A stretch of 64,000 nt of DNA from a virus, in the IMG/VR virus record IMGVR_UViG_3300025141_013863, positions 1-64,000 of that record; one strand, 5' to 3'. Numbering within the stretch: position 1 is the stretch's first letter; every line of letters begins with the position of its first letter. A program made the position numbers and the translations under genes. The notes under the pieces were generated by a model, which ran no database searches, was not told the DNA's origin, and worked only from the letters and a program-made list of their open reading frames with translations. This document shows positions 18,256 through 28,132 of the stretch, one piece after another.

Positions 18256-19206
18256 ATGTCATTTTGGAAAGATAAAACAGTATTAGTAACCGGCGGCCAT
18301 GGCTTTGTGGGTACTCACGTTATAAGAATGTTAAAAGAAAAAGAGGCTGCAACCATACATGCCCCATCTAGATATGATTATGATTTAACAGTTGAACAGC
18401 AGGTGCAATTAATGTTTGAGCACCTCAGACCTGATGTCGTAATTCACTTAGCAGGAAAGGTTGGTGGAATTGCCGCAAACAAGTCAGATCCGGGAACATT
18501 TTTTTATGACAACATTATGATGGGTACCCTTGTATTAGAATATGCTCGCCGCTATAATGTTCAGAAAACGGTTGCTCTAGCGGCAGGATGCGGCTATCCA
18601 TTAAATTTAGAGGTGCCATATACTGAAAATGATTTTTGGAGTGGTTTACCTCAAGAAGAATCGATGGGATATTCAATGGCAAAAAAGATGTTAATAGTAC
18701 AATCTTGGACGTACCGATTACAATATGGGTTCAACTCATCGATATTATTACCAGCAAATCTTTATGGACCTAATGATAATTTTGATCTAGAGAAGAGCCA
18801 TGTTGTTCCAGCCCTGATAAGAAAATTTTTAGATGCCAAGCAAAACAATATACCACTAGTAGAAGTGTGGGGTACAGGCGCCGCGACAAGAGAGTTTTTA
18901 TATGTAGAAGATACTGCGAAAGCTATTCTTGATGTTGCTGAAAAGTTTAATCATAGCGGTCCTTTAAATTTAGGCACGGGTGTCGAAACATCTATTAAAG
19001 TACTTGTCGAAACAATTGTAGAACTTGTTGGCTATGAAGGAGATGTAGTGTGGAACACTGATCGTCCGGACGGACAGCCTAGAAGATTTTACTGTATGGA
19101 AAGATTTAGAAAGCACATGGGATATGTTCCGAGCACACCATTAAAAGAAGGCCTACAGAAGACAATCGATTGGTACCTAAATTCGACAGATAAGAAGAGG
19201 TTGTAA
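18256..19206 (+). CDS. fcl: GDP-L-fucose synthase family (Fcl/WcaG/ColC)
   Basis: GGHGFVG, HLAGKVGGI, YSMAKK, PANLYGPNDNF, SHVVPALI, WGTG..TREFLYV. Confidence 0.85.
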   Translation: MSFWKDKTVLVTGGHGFVGTHVIRMLKEKEAATIHAPSRYDYDLTVEQQVQLMFEHLRPDVVIHLAGKVGGIAANKSDPGTFFYDNIMMGTLVLEYARRYNVQKTVALAAGCGYPLNLEVPYTENDFWSGLPQEESMGYSMAKKMLIVQSWTYRLQYGFNSSILLPANLYGPNDNFDLEKSHVVPALIRKFLDAKQNNIPLVEVWGTGAATREFLYVEDTAKAILDVAEKFNHSGPLNLGTGVETSIKVLVETIVELVGYEGDVVWNTDRPDGQPRRFYCMERFRKHMGYVPSTPLKEGLQKTIDWYLNSTDKKRL

Positions 19207-20232
19207 ATGAAAGTTGTATATGATTTATCGGGAGGCTACCCAGATGATATTGATCATTATTTAAAATATCATGAAATGGGTGATGATAGTGAGACCAACA
19301 TAATGTTTTTTGGATATAATGCGATAAACAATAAAGCATTAAAAGAAAAATATAAACACTATGATAGAAAGATAGCCGTTACTGGAGAGCAGCCTTGTGC
19401 ATTTTTATCAGGACAACAAGATGTAATAAATCTAAGCGCTGATGCAGATAATTATTTTGATAAGGTTTATACCATTTGTCCATACACCGCCAAATGGCTA
19501 AATGGACTACACGGTAATGAGAAGTTTGAATCAGCTATAATTCCATATAACATAAACGACATCCCTAAAAAAGAATATGAAAAAGAATTTGATGTGATAT
19601 ATTGGGGAAATATTCATTCAGAGGATCATATTGCAATAATGGATTCCTTGCCTCTTTTTAAATCTAATTTATTTACTGTGCATCCGGCACATTGGTCTGC
19701 CCCTGCTTTTAGCTATGGGGGTCGTTTTGATGAGGGCCAGCGAAATCCAGACGGCCGCCCTTATGATAGGTATGTTCCTGAAAAGTATGTGAAACTAATT
19801 TCAGGTGTTAGCACTCCACGTATTGAAATGTGGGATGTTTTAAGAAAAACAAAAATTTTTGTAGTTACAAACACGCTTTACCTCTCAGAAGCTCACACTA
19901 TGAGCGTCAAGGCGCTTCCAGCTCATAATAGCAACGAGGCTTTTTCTCATGTAGACCAGAGGATAGCGCCACAGATGAAAACAAGAGTTGTTGAGGCTGC
20001 TTTTAATAAAACACTTTCGCTTGTTAAAAAAGATCCATGGAATGTTGTTGAGCGATGGTTTGAGCCAGAAAAAGATTATCTTTATTATGAAAGCAATGAA
20101 CAATTACCGCTTCTTATAAAAGAAATATCAAACAATTGGGACAAGTATAAACAAATTACAGAAAATGCATACAACAAAGCAGTAGAAAACTATACTGCTC
20201 AAAAGCTATTTAAGAGATTTAGCGGAGAATAA
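19207..20232 (+). CDS. putative glycosyltransferase (CgeB/Glyco_trans_1_2-like C-terminus)
   Basis: KTRVVEAA...WFEPEKDYLYY pattern. Confidence 0.55.
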   Translation: MKVVYDLSGGYPDDIDHYLKYHEMGDDSETNIMFFGYNAINNKALKEKYKHYDRKIAVTGEQPCAFLSGQQDVINLSADADNYFDKVYTICPYTAKWLNGLHGNEKFESAIIPYNINDIPKKEYEKEFDVIYWGNIHSEDHIAIMDSLPLFKSNLFTVHPAHWSAPAFSYGGRFDEGQRNPDGRPYDRYVPEKYVKLISGVSTPRIEMWDVLRKTKIFVVTNTLYLSEAHTMSVKALPAHNSNEAFSHVDQRIAPQMKTRVVEAAFNKTLSLVKKDPWNVVERWFEPEKDYLYYESNEQLPLLIKEISNNWDKYKQITENAYNKAVENYTAQKLFKRFSGE

Positions 20233-20646
20233 ATGACAAGAAAGTACCTACCCACGCTGTCAGAATTGATAGATAGATTATCAATTGCACAACTAAAAGA
20301 AGTGTTTATTACGGAACATAAAGAGGAGTACGCAGAGGAAATTTCTGATATTCTTCATGATATTAATTTGACTTTAAAAGAAAAAGAGGTTATATTAGAT
20401 GCTGATGCTGTTAGAGCAATTGTTGTTTTGTCACAAATGAATTTGCATATTTGGCACAATGAATCAAATTACCGCAAAGGGATCAAAGATGGCAATAACT
20501 TAGAGCTTACGCACGGCTTAAATGGTATTCGCAACACTGCTAAAAACAAGATACAAGAACTTGCGGGCGGTAGAAAAGATTATAAGATTGACTGCCTTGC
20601 CGCAGAATTTAAAGATTGGGAAATAAGTTGGAAACAAGAAGATTAG
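20233..20646 (+). CDS. helical hypothetical protein (DUF4254-like)
   Basis: LSELIDRLSIAQLK, NLHIWHNE; coupled within operon. Confidence 0.55.
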   Translation: MTRKYLPTLSELIDRLSIAQLKEVFITEHKEEYAEEISDILHDINLTLKEKEVILDADAVRAIVVLSQMNLHIWHNESNYRKGIKDGNNLELTHGLNGIRNTAKNKIQELAGGRKDYKIDCLAAEFKDWEISWKQED

Positions 20647-22154
20647 ATGTCTTATTCGTACACACAAACTCTTCAAAAAAGATTTATCAAGACTTAGCAA
20701 AAGATCATTCAGCGATCGAGCCTCCTATTTGGGCGGCCATGTTAGCTAATCATTGTCGAGCTAATGGTTTTGGTGTTAATATATTAGATTGTGAAGCAGA
20801 AAGAATAGACGATGAAACGTCGGCCAATTTAATCAGTGATATGAATCCTAGAGTGGCTTGTTTTGTGGTTTATGGTCAACAGCCTAGTGCGTCTACACAG
20901 AATATGCAAGGCGCCGTGGATACTGCAAATATGTTAAAGAAGGTTGATCCTTCTATCCCTATCTTATTTGTCGGCGGCCATGTGTCGGCATTGCCCAGAG
21001 ATGTGTTGCGTAATGAGCCATCTATTGATTATATATGCCAGAATGAAGGCGTATACACTATCAGTAATTTGTTAGCAGCCCTTCAAAGTTCAAATTTTGA
21101 TCCGAGCAAAATCCGTGGCTTAGGCTACAGAGATGATTCTGGAAATCCTATCTTAAATGAAACAGAATCTATTGTTGCCAAGAAAGATCTTGCACACCAA
21201 TTGCCTGGAATGGCTTGGGATTTATTGCCTGATATTACAAAGTATAGAACAGCCGGCTGGCATTCCTGGTCTAATAATACCGAAAAAGAGCCTTTTGCTG
21301 CTTTATATACAAGCTTAGGGTGTCCCTATAGATGTTCATTTTGTATGATCAACATTATTAATCGAACTAATTCGGCCGTCAACATTGCAAGTGCTGATAG
21401 TAATATATTCAGATGGTGGGAGCCCGAATTTATTATAGGCCAATTTGATGAAATTGCCAGGATGGGTGTCAAAAATGTTAAAATTGCTGACGAGTTGTTT
21501 GTATTAAACCCTCGACATTTTATGAAAGTTTGTGAATTGCTAATTGAAAGAGACTATGGTTTTAATATTTGGGCATACTCTAGAATTGATACCTGTAAGC
21601 CTGCATATCTAGATACTTTAAAGAAAGCTGGTGTAAACTGGTTAGGTCTTGGTATTGAAAACCCCAACCAGACTTTGCGCCAGCAAATACATAAAGACAA
21701 CTACAAAGAAGTAAAGATTACTGATATCATGGATAGTATGAGAAACGCTGGTATAAATGTAGCAGCGAACTATATTTTTGGCTTACCAATGGACACAGAA
21801 GAAAGCATGCAAGGCACCCTTGATTTTGCAATGGAAAATATGTCAGAGATGGTGAATTTATATTGTGCCATGGCATACCCAGGAAGCCCACTACACCTAA
21901 CTGCAAAGAAAGAAGGCTTGATCCTTCCACAGGCTTATTCTGGTTATAGTCAACATTCTTACGATACATTAAATTTATCAAGCAACAACCTTACATCGAA
22001 ACAGATATTGGGCTTTAGAGATAAAGCATGGATGCAATATCATACGAATCCAGAGTATTTGAAGCTATTAGAAACAAAGTTTGGTACCGTGGCTCGCCAA
22101 AATGTGGAAGCCACAACAAAGATTAAATTAAAAAGAAAATTATTAGGAGATTAA
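20616..22154 (+). CDS. cobalamin-binding radical SAM enzyme (class B methyltransferase-like)
   Basis: N-terminal B12 domain (PPIW, VGGH, EG), CPYRCSFC, DELF, LGIE, IFGLP; exact start uncertain. Confidence 0.9.
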   Translation: MGNKLETRRLDVLFVHTNSSKKIYQDLAKDHSAIEPPIWAAMLANHCRANGFGVNILDCEAERIDDETSANLISDMNPRVACFVVYGQQPSASTQNMQGAVDTANMLKKVDPSIPILFVGGHVSALPRDVLRNEPSIDYICQNEGVYTISNLLAALQSSNFDPSKIRGLGYRDDSGNPILNETESIVAKKDLAHQLPGMAWDLLPDITKYRTAGWHSWSNNTEKEPFAALYTSLGCPYRCSFCMINIINRTNSAVNIASADSNIFRWWEPEFIIGQFDEIARMGVKNVKIADELFVLNPRHFMKVCELLIERDYGFNIWAYSRIDTCKPAYLDTLKKAGVNWLGLGIENPNQTLRQQIHKDNYKEVKITDIMDSMRNAGINVAANYIFGLPMDTEESMQGTLDFAMENMSEMVNLYCAMAYPGSPLHLTAKKEGLILPQAYSGYSQHSYDTLNLSSNNLTSKQILGFRDKAWMQYHTNPEYLKLLETKFGTVARQNVEATTKIKLKRKLLGD

Positions 22155-22159
22155 ATAAT

Positions 22160-23104
22160 ATGCCCGCAGACAATAAAAACAAAGTTACTGTTTTAAAACT
22201 TAGAAGACAAAAGAGAGAAGGAACAAAGACTGTGCTAGTCACAGCATATGATTATCCGCAAGCACGTATTGCTGATAATGCCGGGGTCGATGCTATTTTG
22301 GTAGGCGACTCTTTGGGAATGACAACTCTTGGCCACAAGACAACAATCCCGGTTACTATGGATGACATGATGGCGCACTGCGAAGCGGTGTCCCGTGGTT
22401 CAAAGCGTGCTTTTTTGATTGGTGATATGCCTTATATGTCGTATCAGATTTCCAACGAAGAAGCTGTTAGGAACGCCGGCAGATTTATTTGTGCTGGAAT
22501 GGATTGTGTCAAGGTCGAGGGCGCCCAAACCGAAAGAATTAAGGCTATTGCTGATTCTGGAATTATGGTAATGAGCCATTTGGGCCTCACTCCCCACACT
22601 CGCGCAAAGTTAGGCGGATATCGCGTGCAAGGCAAGACCGCAAAGCAAGCAGAAATTATTCTGGAACAGGCACTAAGGCTACAAGAAGCCGGCTGTTCTT
22701 TCTTGCTCTTAGAGGGTATGCCAAGAGAATCTGCAGCAATGATTACAGAAAGCTTAAGAATTCCTGTTTATGGTATTGGCGGCGGAGATATGGTCGATGG
22801 ACAACTTGTGATCTTTCACGATCTAACTGGATTATTTTGGGAGTTCAAGTCTAAGTTTGTCAAGAGATACTGCGAGGCCGGCCAGCTTATGCAATCTGCA
22901 CTAGAACAATATGCACAAGAAGTCAGAGAGGGCGTTTTTCCCGCAGAAGAGAATTTTTACGCCATCAGGGAAGAAGAGCTTGAAAAGCTTCTCGGAGACT
23001 CAAAGTGGAAGTATGAAACTGATCAGGGTTTTCCTACAAACCATAGCGTAACTCCAAACACCGTTACATTAAAAGAAGATCCTTATAAAAAAAAATTGTC
23101 ATGA
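22160..23104 (+). CDS. panB: 3-methyl-2-oxobutanoate hydroxymethyltransferase family
   Basis: TAYD, LVGDSLGM, GDMPYMSY, VKVEG, HLGLTP, LLLE, GIG, DGQ. Confidence 0.92.
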   Translation: MPADNKNKVTVLKLRRQKREGTKTVLVTAYDYPQARIADNAGVDAILVGDSLGMTTLGHKTTIPVTMDDMMAHCEAVSRGSKRAFLIGDMPYMSYQISNEEAVRNAGRFICAGMDCVKVEGAQTERIKAIADSGIMVMSHLGLTPHTRAKLGGYRVQGKTAKQAEIILEQALRLQEAGCSFLLLEGMPRESAAMITESLRIPVYGIGGGDMVDGQLVIFHDLTGLFWEFKSKFVKRYCEAGQLMQSALEQYAQEVREGVFPAEENFYAIREEELEKLLGDSKWKYETDQGFPTNHSVTPNTVTLKEDPYKKKLS

Positions 23105-23173
23105 CCAATGAGTTAAGACGAGAACTATTAGAAATTTTTAAAGAACCATGGTCAATACAATAAAGAGAAATAA

Positions 23174-25006
23174 ATGAAATTAGCTGATTATGTTATAAAT
23201 TATCTTGCCGATATCGGAGTTAAAGAAGTGTTTGTTGTTTATGGCGCCGCCAATGGTAGCCTTATCGACGCATTTACAAGAAACGATCAAATTAGATATG
23301 TGGCGACCATGCACGAACAGGGTGCCGGATTTGCAGCAGAAGGATATGCCAAGGTTTCAAAAAACATAGGTGTTGCGATCGCCACTAGCGGCCCTGGTGG
23401 AATGAATTTTGTAACATCTGTCGGTAATTGTTTTTATGATTCGGTGCCCTGTCTGTTTATTACGGGCCAGATTAAAACAAAGTACATGCGACCTGACGAG
23501 TCAATTCGCCAGATCGGATTCCAAGAGACAGATATTGTAAGCATTGTGAAGCCATTAGCTAAATATGCGAAGCTTATCGAAGACCCGAATAGTATCAAAT
23601 ATGAACTACAGAAGGCCATTTATCTTGCAAAGAACGGTCGACCGGGCCCAGTATTTTTAGATATTCCCATTGATGTACAAAAAGCAGATATTGTTCCTGA
23701 AAGGTTAATTGGTTTTGATGAAGAACTCCAAGAAGTTTGCTACAATAATAGTAGAATCGAGGAACAAATAGATCGTTTTCTGAAAGATTTATTCAAGTCA
23801 GAGCGTCCCTGCTTAATGGTTGGCGGCGGCGTTCGTCTAGCGGATGCTGAAAAAGAGCTGCTTGAGTTGGCAAGAATCTTAAAGATACCGTGTTTTCCCA
23901 CATGGAATGCATTAGATATTGTTGCTTCAGATTTTGAATATTATGGCGGCCGTATTGGAACATATGGTGGAGCCGGAAGAAACTTTGGAATCCAAAATTC
24001 CGATCTATTGTTGGCAATTGGAAGTCGTATTTCTGGTAGAATTACTGGCGGAGAGCCTCACTTGTTCGCAAGAGGAGCTAAGAAATATATGGTAGACGTT
24101 GATGGAGCCGCTATGCAAAGAAAGCTACAACAGCTGCCATTTGATGAGTGTATCCTTTCGGATGCTAAGCTATTTATTAGCCTGATGATTAAGAAACTAA
24201 AGAACTATGATGTTCCAGATTATACACAATGGACAGAGAGAGTGATGGAATGGAAAGTAAAATATGATCCAGTAACAAAAGACATGTATAATCCTTCTCA
24301 ATATATTCATCCATATGTGTTTTTAAGAATTCTTTCCGAAGAAATGGGCGCCAATGATATTCTAGCAGGTGATTGTGGTGGAAATATTGTTGCCATTAAT
24401 CACTCTTTTGAAACCAAAGTGGGACAACATTATTTTACTAATAATGGAAACTCTCCCATGGGATTTTCATTCGCCGGCGCAATGGGCGCATGCTTTGTAG
24501 CAGAGGATACACAGAATGTTGTATGTGTAATTGGTGATGGTGGAATGAATATGAATATTCAAGAAATTCAAACCGTAATAAATTATGGTGTTAAACTAAA
24601 AACTATTATATTGAATAATCATATTTACGGAATTACAAAAGCTTTTCAAGAAGTTAACTTTGAAGGTCGCAGCGAAGCATGTGGACCAAAAGGTTATAAT
24701 CCTCCAGACTTTATTAAAATTGCAAAAGCATATGGCATCGATAACATGATTATTGAAGATGGAACAGACTATGAAAAAGTTCGTAGACAGATTCGTGAAT
24801 TTTTAGATCATGATTCGGCAGTTATTTGTGACGTAAATTGTCACGAGTATCACACATATGAACCAAAGATTGTTGGATGGTCTACTCCTATTGAAGATAT
24901 GTACCCTTATCTTCCGCGAGAAGAATTCTATTCTAACATGGAGATCGAGCCATTAGAAATTTCTAAGGATCCTCCAATGCCAAGTATTTTTAATAAAAAG
25001 GATTAA
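23174..25006 (+). CDS. ThDP-dependent acetolactate-synthase-like enzyme (YerE-like context)
   Basis: HEQGAGFAAEGY, TSGPG, GRPGPV, GDGG...LNN ThDP motif. Confidence 0.9.
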   Translation: MKLADYVINYLADIGVKEVFVVYGAANGSLIDAFTRNDQIRYVATMHEQGAGFAAEGYAKVSKNIGVAIATSGPGGMNFVTSVGNCFYDSVPCLFITGQIKTKYMRPDESIRQIGFQETDIVSIVKPLAKYAKLIEDPNSIKYELQKAIYLAKNGRPGPVFLDIPIDVQKADIVPERLIGFDEELQEVCYNNSRIEEQIDRFLKDLFKSERPCLMVGGGVRLADAEKELLELARILKIPCFPTWNALDIVASDFEYYGGRIGTYGGAGRNFGIQNSDLLLAIGSRISGRITGGEPHLFARGAKKYMVDVDGAAMQRKLQQLPFDECILSDAKLFISLMIKKLKNYDVPDYTQWTERVMEWKVKYDPVTKDMYNPSQYIHPYVFLRILSEEMGANDILAGDCGGNIVAINHSFETKVGQHYFTNNGNSPMGFSFAGAMGACFVAEDTQNVVCVIGDGGMNMNIQEIQTVINYGVKLKTIILNNHIYGITKAFQEVNFEGRSEACGPKGYNPPDFIKIAKAYGIDNMIIEDGTDYEKVRRQIREFLDHDSAVICDVNCHEYHTYEPKIVGWSTPIEDMYPYLPREEFYSNMEIEPLEISKDPPMPSIFNKKD

Positions 25007-25008
25007 AT

Positions 25009-25902
25009 ATGGAATACAACATGAAGTACCTTGAAGGGGGTGTTTGGAATGAAACTGACAACAGAGTTGTTGCAACTATACTTCCTTACCTAGTTTATTC
25101 TTTTGCAAAGCCAAAGATGGTTGTTGCAGAAGTCGGCGTTTGGGAAGGTAACTCATTAGCGCTTTATATTCGAAAGATAAAAGACTTAGATGGAAAGCTA
25201 TATTTAATTGATTGGTGGAAAGGCAGCAAGCATGTCGAAGAAGAAGCAGAGATGTCATTTAACGAAGACATCTATGAAGAAGCATATCAGAAAGTTTTAA
25301 AGATCGTTAATGAAAACGATGCACAAGATAATGTAGTGATTCTTAAGGGCGATAGTGTTGAAATGGCAAAACAAATACCCGATGGAGAGCTGGATTTATG
25401 CTTTATTGATGCTGGTCACACGTATGAAGAATGTAAAAAAGATATTAAAGCTTATTTGCCTAAAGTTAAAAAAGGCGGCATAATGGCCGGCGACGATATG
25501 GATGGAGTAGTAAGTTTTTATACATATCTTGTTAACCTTGGCACCTATACCGTAGAAGAATTAAGCATGGATGTCGTTGACAACAAGGGACATCCAGGCG
25601 TACATGCAGCTGTGTGGGATTGCTTTCAAGTTAATGTTAATACGATCTCGGATGGATGGTATACTTTTGCTGGATATAAAATAGTCAGAGCGGCTATTGG
25701 TATTGTTGACGCCGAAGCCGATGCAAAATTTTGGAGTAAAGGTATTTCATCTGGAGAATATACGGGCCAAATTGTTCCCTTTAAGGGAGGATACCACCTC
25801 TTAACAAATAAACATGTTTTTCTTGTCCCAGAAGGATGGACACAGCCATCAGGCATGCACACAGTTACGGAAAACAAAACGACAGCTTGGTTGATGAAGT
25901 AA
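25009..25902 (+). CDS. class I SAM methyltransferase (Methyltransf_24-like)
   Basis: EVGVWEGNS, IDWW, FIDAGHTYE, GGIMAGDD. Confidence 0.82.
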   Translation: MEYNMKYLEGGVWNETDNRVVATILPYLVYSFAKPKMVVAEVGVWEGNSLALYIRKIKDLDGKLYLIDWWKGSKHVEEEAEMSFNEDIYEEAYQKVLKIVNENDAQDNVVILKGDSVEMAKQIPDGELDLCFIDAGHTYEECKKDIKAYLPKVKKGGIMAGDDMDGVVSFYTYLVNLGTYTVEELSMDVVDNKGHPGVHAAVWDCFQVNVNTISDGWYTFAGYKIVRAAIGIVDAEADAKFWSKGISSGEYTGQIVPFKGGYHLLTNKHVFLVPEGWTQPSGMHTVTENKTTAWLMK

Positions 25903-25923
25903 TAATTTAAAGAGAATAAACTT

Positions 25924-27111
25924 ATGACATTCAAAAAAGAAAGAGAAAAAGAAATTAGGTTTCCACTAGCGATGGAAACAATCGATAACAACGATATTGA
26001 TGCCTTGTGCAGCTGGCTTAAATCTTATCCTAGGCTTACGAAAGGTGATCTAACTAAGGAGTTTGAGAGTCAGTGGGCAGAATATATTGGAACGAAATAT
26101 TCAGTCTTTTGTAATTCTGGATCCTCCGCTAATCTTCTTATGATCTACGCTGCATATGCTTCTGGCAAAATGAAAAATAATAAGATCGCCGTGCCTTCTG
26201 TTGGGTGGGTCACCACGATTGCCCCAGCAATGCAATTTGGCTTAGAACCAATTATGATTGGCGCAGATAAAGAAACATTTGGCATGGACTTAGACCAGTT
26301 AGAGAAGCTGTGTGAAGAAGACATTCCTGGCGCCGTAATTTTTGTTCAAGTGTTGGGTGTCCCTCACTATAAAGAAAGAATCCTGCAATTACAGAAGAAG
26401 TATGGCTTTGTGCTTTTAGAAGATTCGTGTGCCGCTTTAGGGGCAGAATACTCCGATGGAACTATGATTGGTGCCCTGGGCGATATGTCTAGTTTTTCCT
26501 TTTATTTTGGACACCAGCTGTCATCTATTGAGGGAGGCATGGTTAATACCGACAACAAAGAGCTTTATGATTTGATGTTGATGCTGCGCAGCCATGGCTG
26601 GGGAAAGGATCTTGATCAAGAGACATACGATGGGCTGATTCAACAGCACGGTGTGGATGATTTTCATAAGCCGTTTACTTTCTTTGTCGCAGGATTTAAC
26701 CTGCGCTCGACAGATCTACAGGCATTTTTGGGACTCAGACAGATGAAAAAAGCAGGCTGGGTTGCCCAAAGAAGGTATGAAAACCACAAACGATATGCAG
26801 AAAATTTAAAGGGCTATGTAGAATTTCAAAATTGGCGTGATCATAAACCAGTATCTATTTCATTTGGAGCCCTTGCAGACAGTACGGAACATCGACAAAC
26901 TATTGTAGAAAGACTTGTTGAGAACAAGATAGAGACAAGAATTTTTAGCGCCGGTAATCTAGGACTGCATCCTTTTTGGACGGAGCAGTATGGCGAATTT
27001 GATGACGAAATGAGCAATAAGATACATTCATGTGGGTTCTTTGTACCAAATTACCCAGAACTCACTAACGAAGATATTGATTATATTTGTAGCGTTATAA
27101 AAGGTGAGTAA
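25924..27111 (+). CDS. DegT-family PLP/PMP NDP-4-keto-6-deoxyhexose 3-dehydratase (ColD/RfbH type)
   Basis: NSGSSANL, EDSC, SFYFGHQLSSIEGG (His replaces Schiff-base Lys), RSHGW, GFNLR. Confidence 0.85.
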   Translation: MTFKKEREKEIRFPLAMETIDNNDIDALCSWLKSYPRLTKGDLTKEFESQWAEYIGTKYSVFCNSGSSANLLMIYAAYASGKMKNNKIAVPSVGWVTTIAPAMQFGLEPIMIGADKETFGMDLDQLEKLCEEDIPGAVIFVQVLGVPHYKERILQLQKKYGFVLLEDSCAALGAEYSDGTMIGALGDMSSFSFYFGHQLSSIEGGMVNTDNKELYDLMLMLRSHGWGKDLDQETYDGLIQQHGVDDFHKPFTFFVAGFNLRSTDLQAFLGLRQMKKAGWVAQRRYENHKRYAENLKGYVEFQNWRDHKPVSISFGALADSTEHRQTIVERLVENKIETRIFSAGNLGLHPFWTEQYGEFDDEMSNKIHSCGFFVPNYPELTNEDIDYICSVIKGE

Positions 27112-27848
27112 TGAGAATTCTTGTTATTGGAGATAGTTGCAAAGACGTTTTTATTTATGGAGATTGTAGTAGATTAGCTCCAGCAGCGCCAGTTCCTGTA
27201 TTTGTCGAAAAGTATAGAAAGACCAATAAAGGCATGGCCGGCAATGTTTATGAAAATGTATTATCTCTAGGGGTAAAGTGCGATATAATTACTAATAAAG
27301 CCGAGATTATAAAGACTCGTTATGTTGAAAAAAAGACCAATCATATGATAGTGCGTGTTGATTCTGATGAAGAAAAGATCGATAGAATCAAAGATATTAA
27401 CATAGAAGCTCTACAGCAATATGACGCAGTTATAATTTCTGATTATAATAAGGGCTTTTTGCTTGAAGAAGATATACAATTTATTGCTGATAATCATGAG
27501 CTTGTTTTTTTGGATACAAAAAAACTTTTAGGCGATTGGGCAAGGAATATAAATTTTATTAAAATTAACGAACAAGAATATGAAAGAACTAGACACCTTT
27601 TGGTAGATAAAGAATGGCTTGACGAAAAGTTGATTGTTACAATGGGCGCCCGCGGCTGTATATACAATGGTAATATTTATCGAGTTCTTCAAGTTGAAAT
27701 TAAAGATTTGACAGGAGCCGGCGACTCGTTTTTGGCAGCCTTAGTTTATAAGTTTGTTAAAGAGGCAGATATAATATCTGCTATAAAATATGCCAATGAA
27801 TGTGCTACAAGAGTTGTACAACAAAAAGGAGTTAATACAATTAAATGA
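27111..27848 (+). CDS. PfkB-family heptose-7-phosphate kinase (HldA / HldE N-domain)
   Basis: VIGD..KD, RLAPAAPVPV, GMAGNV, ISDYNKG, DLTGAGDSF. Confidence 0.85.
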   Translation: MRILVIGDSCKDVFIYGDCSRLAPAAPVPVFVEKYRKTNKGMAGNVYENVLSLGVKCDIITNKAEIIKTRYVEKKTNHMIVRVDSDEEKIDRIKDINIEALQQYDAVIISDYNKGFLLEEDIQFIADNHELVFLDTKKLLGDWARNINFIKINEQEYERTRHLLVDKEWLDEKLIVTMGARGCIYNGNIYRVLQVEIKDLTGAGDSFLAALVYKFVKEADIISAIKYANECATRVVQQKGVNTIK

Positions 27849-28132
27849 CATTTAAAGAATACTATCAATATTATTTGACTTTACATCAGAATCCTACAAA
27901 TAGATATTTACACGTACTAGGCCAAATGGTGACCATTAGTTATGTTGTATCAATGATCGCAGCCGGCTGGTGGTGGGCACTATTAGCAGCACCATTTGTG
28001 GTATATCCGTTTGCGTGGACCGGACACTTTTTCTTTGAGAAGAATACACCGGCCGCCTTTTCGCGCCCTATTTGGGCGAAAGCGTGCGATTGGGTTATGC
28101 TTAAAGATATTTTGACTGGAAAACTTAAGTGA
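27845..28132 (+). CDS. DUF962/Mpo1-like membrane protein
   Basis: YLTLHQNPTNRYLHVLG, FAWTGHFFFEKNTPA. Confidence 0.8.
   Translation: MTFKEYYQYYLTLHQNPTNRYLHVLGQMVTISYVVSMIAAGWWWALLAAPFVVYPFAWTGHFFFEKNTPAAFSRPIWAKACDWVMLKDILTGKLK

Noticed and set aside
23101-23163. 20-aa ORF MTNELRRELLEIFKEPWSIQ between panB and the ThDP gene
   Set aside because: ATGA overlap is suggestive, but it is too short and has no RBS or motif; may be a remnant or coupling peptide
22160-25006. panB + acetolactate synthase as a simple pantothenate / branched-chain amino acid AMG pair
   Set aside because: Not favoured: intervening and downstream enzymes (IlvC, IlvD, PanE, PanC) and the ALS small subunit are absent and the genes are embedded in a sugar operon; not formally excluded
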